Shown: positions 46,404 through 50,704 of the stretch, piece after piece | How the letters are laid out: each line of letters opens with the position of its first letter | Numbering within the stretch: the stretch's first letter is position 1 | Source: Vicinamibacterales bacterium | GTDB taxonomy: Bacteria > Acidobacteriota > Vicinamibacteria > Vicinamibacterales > Fen-181 | Reading direction: 5' to 3' | Assembly (NCBI GenBank): GCA_036381995.1 | Contig: DASVIS010000077.1 | Location: 1-50,704, forward strand | Length of the DNA: 50,704 bases | Notes under the pieces: generated by a model | Told to the model about the DNA's origin: nothing | Database searches by the model: none | Seen by the model: only the letters and a program-made list of their open reading frames with translations | Translations under genes and position numbers: made by a program

Positions 46404-46904
46404 CCGCAGGAAGCCAGACGATCGCCGCGCCGCGGTTGTCCCGCCGCGTTCGCGCGGTGGGAGACGCCGGGGCGGGGAGGAAAGTCCGAACTCCGCAGGG
46501 CAGTGCGCCGGGTAACGCCCGGTCAGGGTGACCTGAAGGAAAGTGGCACAGAAAATATACCGCCCCGGACGTGGTCCGGTCCTGCCGCACGCCGGGAGTA
46601 GCCGCGCGGATGATCGCGCGCGGCAACTCCTTTCAGGTGCGGCGGCAGAACCGGGCCACGTTCGGAGTAAGGGTGAAAAGGTGCGGTAAGAGCGCACCGC
46701 GCCGACGGTAACGCCGGTGGCAGGCAAAACCCCGCACGGAGCAAGACCAAATAGGGAGGCGCTAACAGGACGGCCCGTCCGAAGCCTCCGGGTAGGTCGC
46801 TTGATCCCGCCAGCGATGGCGGGGCTAGAGGAATGGTCGTCACGCCATAGCGGGCCGCAAGGCGCGCGAAGGCGGACAGAACTCGGCTTACGGCTTCTCT
46901 GCGG
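46404..46904 (+). ncRNA. rnpB: RNase P RNA, bacterial type A, with an expanded P12 arm
   Basis: Universal blocks are read directly: GGAGGAAAGTCCG, ACAGAAAATATACCGCC, GTAAGGGTGAAAAGGTGCGGTAAGAGCGCACC, GCAAGACCAAATAGG, ACAGAACTCGGCTTAC. P1 pairs CCGCAGGAAGCC (46404-46415) with GGCTTC-T-CTGCGG (46892-46904). P2 pairs GACGATC with GGTCGTC. End positions are +/- a few nt. Confidence 0.9.
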
Positions 46905-46982
46905 CGCTTTCGTCGCCGTATTTCGTGTTTCGGCTCCAGAATTCCCGGCTCCCGAATCCCGGATTTCCAGGATCCTACGCCT

Positions 46983-47924
46983 ATGTCTCTCTATCTCGTG
47001 ACCGGCGGCGCCGGCTTCATCGGCTCGCACCTGTGCGAAGAACTCGCTCGTCGCGGAGAACGGGTGCGCGTCGTGGACAGCCTGATTACGGGCAAGCGCG
47101 CGAACCTCGCGCACGTTCCAGACGTGGATTTCCTCGAGGGCGATCTTGCCGAGATCGACGTGGCGCACCGCGCCGTGGCCGGCGTGGACTACGTGCTGCA
47201 CCAGGCGGCCATCCCCTCCGTGCCGCGATCGGTCAGCGACCCGATCACGTCGAACCGCTCGAACATCGACGCGACGCTGAACGTGCTGGTGGCTGCTCGT
47301 GACGCGGGCGTCAAGCGCATCGTCTACGCCGGCTCGTCCTCGGCGTACGGCGACACGCCGACGCTCCCGAAGCGCGAGGAGATGCCCACGAACCCGCTCT
47401 CGCCGTACGCGCTTCAGAAGCTGGTCGGGGAGCAGTATCTGGCGATGTTCACGAAGCTGTACGGACTCGACACGGTGACGACCCGGTACTTCAACGTGTT
47501 CGGGCCGCGCCAGGATCCATCGTCCCCGTACTCGGGCGTGATTTCGCTCTTCATCAGCGCCCTCGTCGACGGGCGCCAGCCGATCATGTACGGCGATGGC
47601 GGGCAGACGCGGGATTTCACGTATGTCGCGAACGTGGTGGACGGCGTCCTCCGCGCCTGCCACGCACCCGGGATTGGCGGACAGATGATGAACGTCGCGA
47701 CGGGCGGCCGCATCAGCCTCAACGAGCTGCTGACGACGATGTGCGGGATTCTCGGGGTGCAGACGCAGGCGATCTACCGGGAAGCGCGGGCGGGCGACGT
47801 GCGCGATTCGCAGGCCGACATCACTCGGGCAAAGCGGCTCATCAACTACGTCCCGTTCGTGGACCTGCACGACGGACTGGAGCGAACGCTGGCCTGGTAC
47901 AGATCCGCTCAGCCCACCAGCTAG
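46983..47924 (+). CDS. NAD-dependent UDP-sugar 4-epimerase-like SDR (WbpP/TviC-like)
   Basis: LVTGGAGFIGSHL, SSSAYGD, SPYALQK (YxxxK), NVFGPRQDP. Confidence 0.88.
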   Translation: MSLYLVTGGAGFIGSHLCEELARRGERVRVVDSLITGKRANLAHVPDVDFLEGDLAEIDVAHRAVAGVDYVLHQAAIPSVPRSVSDPITSNRSNIDATLNVLVAARDAGVKRIVYAGSSSAYGDTPTLPKREEMPTNPLSPYALQKLVGEQYLAMFTKLYGLDTVTTRYFNVFGPRQDPSSPYSGVISLFISALVDGRQPIMYGDGGQTRDFTYVANVVDGVLRACHAPGIGGQMMNVATGGRISLNELLTTMCGILGVQTQAIYREARAGDVRDSQADITRAKRLINYVPFVDLHDGLERTLAWYRSAQPTS

Positions 47925-48015
47925 GGATCTTTCTAGCAGGCTCCCCGTGGAGCTTTCGGACTTCGTGATCGATGGCGGAAACGTGTCGGCTGCACACGGC
48001 AGCCGGTCAGACCCC

Positions 48016-48222
48016 TCAACTGCCCCCGAACCCGATCGTCACCTTGTCGCCGTCGACGATGACGGGCACGTCGCGGCGCCCCTTCGAGTGGACGAGCATC
48101 CGATCGAGCGACGCCCGATCCTTCTTCACGTTGACGTACTCGAACTCGATTCGCCGCCTTGCATGGTCGTCACGGGCGGCCTGTGTATAGGGTCAAGTGT
48201 CCTTGCCGAAGATGTAGATCAT
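48016..48222 (-). CDS. glutaredoxin-fold mini-protein with in-frame TGA at the redox-Cys position (candidate selenoprotein; alternatively a pseudogene)
   Basis: Hand translation of the minus strand: ATG 48222, MIYIFGKDT, TGA (48193-48195), PYTQAARDDHARRRIEFEYVNVKKDRASLDRMLVHSKGRRDVPVIVDGDKVTIGFGGS, stop 48016-48018. The frame stays open for 58 codons after the TGA. The layout matches glutaredoxin/NrdH, with U-P-Y-T in place of C-P-Y-C. It is not in the ORF track. Confidence 0.55.
48153..48180 (-). promoter_or_regulatory. candidate SECIS hairpin 3' of the in-frame UGA
   Basis: On the mRNA strand: GCCGCC-CGUG-ACGAC-CAUG-CAA-GGCGGC. It has a 6-bp lower stem, a 4-bp upper stem (one G-U) and a 5-nt apical loop containing G. 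The stem begins 13 nt after the UGA. Confidence 0.35.
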
Positions 48223-48382
48223 TCCCCAATCGTATACCAGTCGGAACTGGCGCGATCAGGCGCCGGAAGCAAAGCAGGAACGCGGGGAGTCCGGCACCTG
48301 ACGACTGCAGGCTCCGGGACACCGGCTATAATTCTGCCGTCCAGCCTGATTTCGTCACGTCGCCCGGCATCCGGAGGCTGAT

Positions 48383-50371
48383 ATGAACCTGATCGATCTT
48401 CGTCCGACCCCAGCGAATTCGTCGTGGCGAGTCGCGCTGGCGGTCACGACGACCGCGCTGGTGCTGGTGCTGGCGTCGCCGATGGGCGCGCAGGCTCCAC
48501 CGAAGCAGCCCGCGACTCCTTCGGCGCTCCCGGGCGAGACACCCGCCACGTTCACGCCGGTCACGGGACGCTTCGACTACGTACGCCGAGACCTGATGAT
48601 CCCGATGCGAGACGGCGTAAGACTCCACACCGTCGTCCTCGTGCCCAAGGGCGCGAGGAACGCCCCGATTCTCCTGACGCGCACGCCCTACGACGCGACG
48701 CGCCTCACCAGCTACGCGGAGAGCGCGCACTTGGGGCCGATCCTGAACGGCTACGACAATGCCGTCGACGTGATCGTCGAGGGCGGCTACATCCGAGCCG
48801 TGCAGGACGTTCGAGGCAAGTACGGGTCCGAAGGCGACTACGTGATGAACCGGCCACTGCGCGGGCCGCTCAATCCGACGCCGGTCGATCACGCTACCGA
48901 CACCTACGACACGATCGACTGGCTGGTGAAGAACATCCCGGAGACCAACGGCAAGGTCGGGATCCTCGGGATCTCATACGACGGCTTCCTCCCGCTGATG
49001 GCGCTCGTCAACCCGCACCCCGCGCTCAAAGTTTCGGTCCCGATGAACCCGATGGTGGACGGCTGGCGCGGGGACGACTGGTTCCACAACGGCGCGTTCC
49101 GGCAGCAGAACCTGCCGTACATCTACGAGCAGGAAGCAACGCGCGGCTCCGAGCTGAAGTGGTGGTCGGCCCACTACGACGACTACGCCCAGTACCTGGA
49201 GGCCGGGTCGGCCGGCGAACTCGGCCGCACGCACGGCCTCGAACAGGTCGGGTTCTGGCGAAAGATCCTCGAGCACCCCGCCTACGACGCGTTCTGGCGC
49301 GAGCAGGCCGTGGACACGTTGCTGGCCGCGCAGCCGCTGCAGGTGCCCGTGATGCTGGTGCACAGCCTGTGGGACCAGGAGGACATCTACGGCGCGCCCG
49401 CCGTGTACAGGGCGATCGAGCCGAAAGACACGGCGAACGACAGGGTGTTCCTCGTATTGGGGCCCTGGTACCACGGGCAGGAAATCGGTGACGGCAGTGC
49501 GATTGGCGCGATCAGGTTCGGCAGCGATACCGCCCTGGCGTTTCGCCGCGACATCCTCGCGCCGTTCCTCGCGCAGTACCTGAAGGACGGCGCGCCCAAG
49601 GCCGACGTCGCGCCCGTCATGGCGTTCGAGACGGGCACGAACACGTGGCGCCGGCTGAACGCGTGGCCGTCGGGCTGCGTCACGGGGTGCACGGTCACGC
49701 CGACGCCGCTCTACCTCGGCGCCGGGCTGACGCTGGGATTCACGGCCCCGAAGGCCGGCGAGGCGACATTCGACGAGTACGTCTCGGATCCGGCCAAGCC
49801 GGTCCCCTATCTCCCGAGGCCCAATCGGCCGTCGAGCGGCCCGGGGTGGTCGGAATGGCTGACGACCGATCAGCGCGAGGCGTCGGGGCGGCCGGACGTG
49901 GTCGCGTTCGTGTCGGATGTGCTCACGACGCCGGTGAAGATCAGCGGGCAGCCGGTGGCGAACCTCGTGGCGTCCACGAGCGGCAGCGACTCGGACTGGG
50001 TCGTGAAGCTCATTGACGTCTATCCTGACGAAGTGGCGCCGCGGCCCGCGATGGGCGGCTACCAGCTGATGGTGTCGGCGGACATCTTTCGCGGCCGGTA
50101 TCGCGAAGGCCTCGACACGCCGAAGCCGGTCGCGCCCGACACCCCCTTGCTCTACACGTTCGACCTGCCGACGGTCAACCACGTGTTCCTGCCCGGCCAC
50201 CGGATCATGGTGCAGATCCAGTCGAGCTGGTTCCCTCTCTACGACCGGAACCCTCAGACGTTTGTGCCGAATATCTTCTGGGCGAAGCCCTCGGATTTCC
50301 GCAAGGCCGTGCAGCGCGTCTACCACGCGCCCGGCCGGGCCAGCTTCGTGCAACTGCCGCTGGTCCGGTAG
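48383..50371 (+). CDS. CocE/NonD-family hydrolase (peptidase S15, X-Pro dipeptidyl-peptidase-like), secreted
   Basis: Signal peptide ALVLVLASPMGAQA, MRDGVRLHTVVLVP, LLTRTPYD, GILGISYDG (nucleophile elbow GxSYxG), C-terminal beta-sandwich region. RBS GGAGG lies 6 nt upstream. Confidence 0.88.
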   Translation: MNLIDLRPTPANSSWRVALAVTTTALVLVLASPMGAQAPPKQPATPSALPGETPATFTPVTGRFDYVRRDLMIPMRDGVRLHTVVLVPKGARNAPILLTRTPYDATRLTSYAESAHLGPILNGYDNAVDVIVEGGYIRAVQDVRGKYGSEGDYVMNRPLRGPLNPTPVDHATDTYDTIDWLVKNIPETNGKVGILGISYDGFLPLMALVNPHPALKVSVPMNPMVDGWRGDDWFHNGAFRQQNLPYIYEQEATRGSELKWWSAHYDDYAQYLEAGSAGELGRTHGLEQVGFWRKILEHPAYDAFWREQAVDTLLAAQPLQVPVMLVHSLWDQEDIYGAPAVYRAIEPKDTANDRVFLVLGPWYHGQEIGDGSAIGAIRFGSDTALAFRRDILAPFLAQYLKDGAPKADVAPVMAFETGTNTWRRLNAWPSGCVTGCTVTPTPLYLGAGLTLGFTAPKAGEATFDEYVSDPAKPVPYLPRPNRPSSGPGWSEWLTTDQREASGRPDVVAFVSDVLTTPVKISGQPVANLVASTSGSDSDWVVKLIDVYPDEVAPRPAMGGYQLMVSADIFRGRYREGLDTPKPVAPDTPLLYTFDLPTVNHVFLPGHRIMVQIQSSWFPLYDRNPQTFVPNIFWAKPSDFRKAVQRVYHAPGRASFVQLPLVR

Positions 50372-50511
50372 ACGGCGCAGGCAGACCCCCTTGCTTCCGG
50401 CTCGGCGCAGCCCATAGACGGGATTCACGCTGGGGGGCGAGCGGCGCTGGCAGCTTCATGCGGGCGATCGTACACGTCTTCGTGACTGCGAGTCTGGTGC
50501 CACCGACCGGT

Positions 50512-50704
50512 TCACCACGCATCCTCTCGCGAGAACGTGACCAAACCCAAGGAGCGGCCGAGCAATACGACGCCGACAAAGACGCCACACGCTTCGATTG
50601 CGATGCGCACCAGAATGACGAGGATCGGCTGTCGCAACGAAAGTGCCGGGCCGTCGACCATGATCTCAGCCGCCGTTGACAGGAAACCCATACTCACGGC
50701 CAAC
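50512..50704 (-). CDS. 3' end of a membrane-protein gene whose start lies beyond the window (partial)
   Basis: Open frame from the window edge with mostly G/C third positions and a hydrophobic stretch (ILVILVRIAIEACGVFVGVVLLG). No identifiable family. Confidence 0.35.
   Translation of the reverse strand, partial: LAVSMGFLSTAAEIMVDGPALSLRQPILVILVRIAIEACGVFVGVVLLGRSLGLVTFSREDAW

Noticed and set aside
46359-47870. 503-aa minus-strand ORF
   Set aside because: It runs through the RNase P RNA and is antisense to a well-supported SDR epimerase gene. It is spurious.
48326-48892. 188-aa minus-strand ORF at the 5' end of the S15 hydrolase gene
   Set aside because: It is antisense to a gene with a clear signal peptide and CocE/NonD motifs. 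The translation is Arg-rich shadow sequence.

Overview
This is a GC-rich bacterial chromosomal segment (roughly two-thirds G+C by eye, not computed). It is densely coding on both strands, with many 1-4 nt start/stop overlaps. I saw no rRNA, CRISPR array, transposase or integrase. The gene content suggests a Gram-negative of the Acidobacteriota/Gemmatimonadota type, but that is only a guess.

Layout:
- 1-4.6 kb: tRNA-Phe, then a minus-strand string LOG / PAP2 / recA / YdjM-like / DUF721, followed by maf.
- 4.7-12.2 kb: a complete System I cytochrome c maturation operon (ccmE, ccmF-ccmH fusion, unknown 586-aa membrane protein, ccmA, ccmB, ccmC, ccmD-like).
- 12.2-16.1 kb: aroK, aroA, an RsbW-like kinase and an inositol monophosphatase.
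- 16.3-31.9 kb: a large envelope glycosylation cluster. It holds an OMP, 2 GT-C-like proteins, a DedA/YqaA protein, a GT2, 2 UPF0104 flippase-like proteins, a radical SAM/SPASM-like enzyme, 3 GT4s, a methyltransferase, an epimerase and an acetyltransferase.
- 31.9-46.3 kb: housekeeping genes (ttcA, dtd, glpD, dapF, radC, larC, metG, tatD, polyprenyl synthase, ligA, a sigma-54 activator).
- 46.4-50.7 kb: RNase P RNA, a sugar epimerase, a short glutaredoxin-fold gene and an S15-family hydrolase.

Main second-look items:
- A 68-codon glutaredoxin-fold gene is interrupted by an in-frame TGA at the redox-Cys position, with a hairpin just downstream. This is a candidate selenoprotein and is absent from the ORF track.
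- The ccm operon is the CcmE-Cys (CxxxY) variant. It carries a CcmF-CcmH fusion and an embedded CcmI-like protein whose periplasmic domain is not TPR.
- The glycosylation cluster contains a radical SAM enzyme with a SPASM/twitch-type Cys pattern that is translationally coupled to a flippase-like membrane protein.
- A good sigma-54 promoter match lies upstream of the OMP gene.

Many long track ORFs are antisense or frame-shadow artefacts of the GC-rich composition and were rejected. All functional calls rest on motif recognition by eye; no searches were run.
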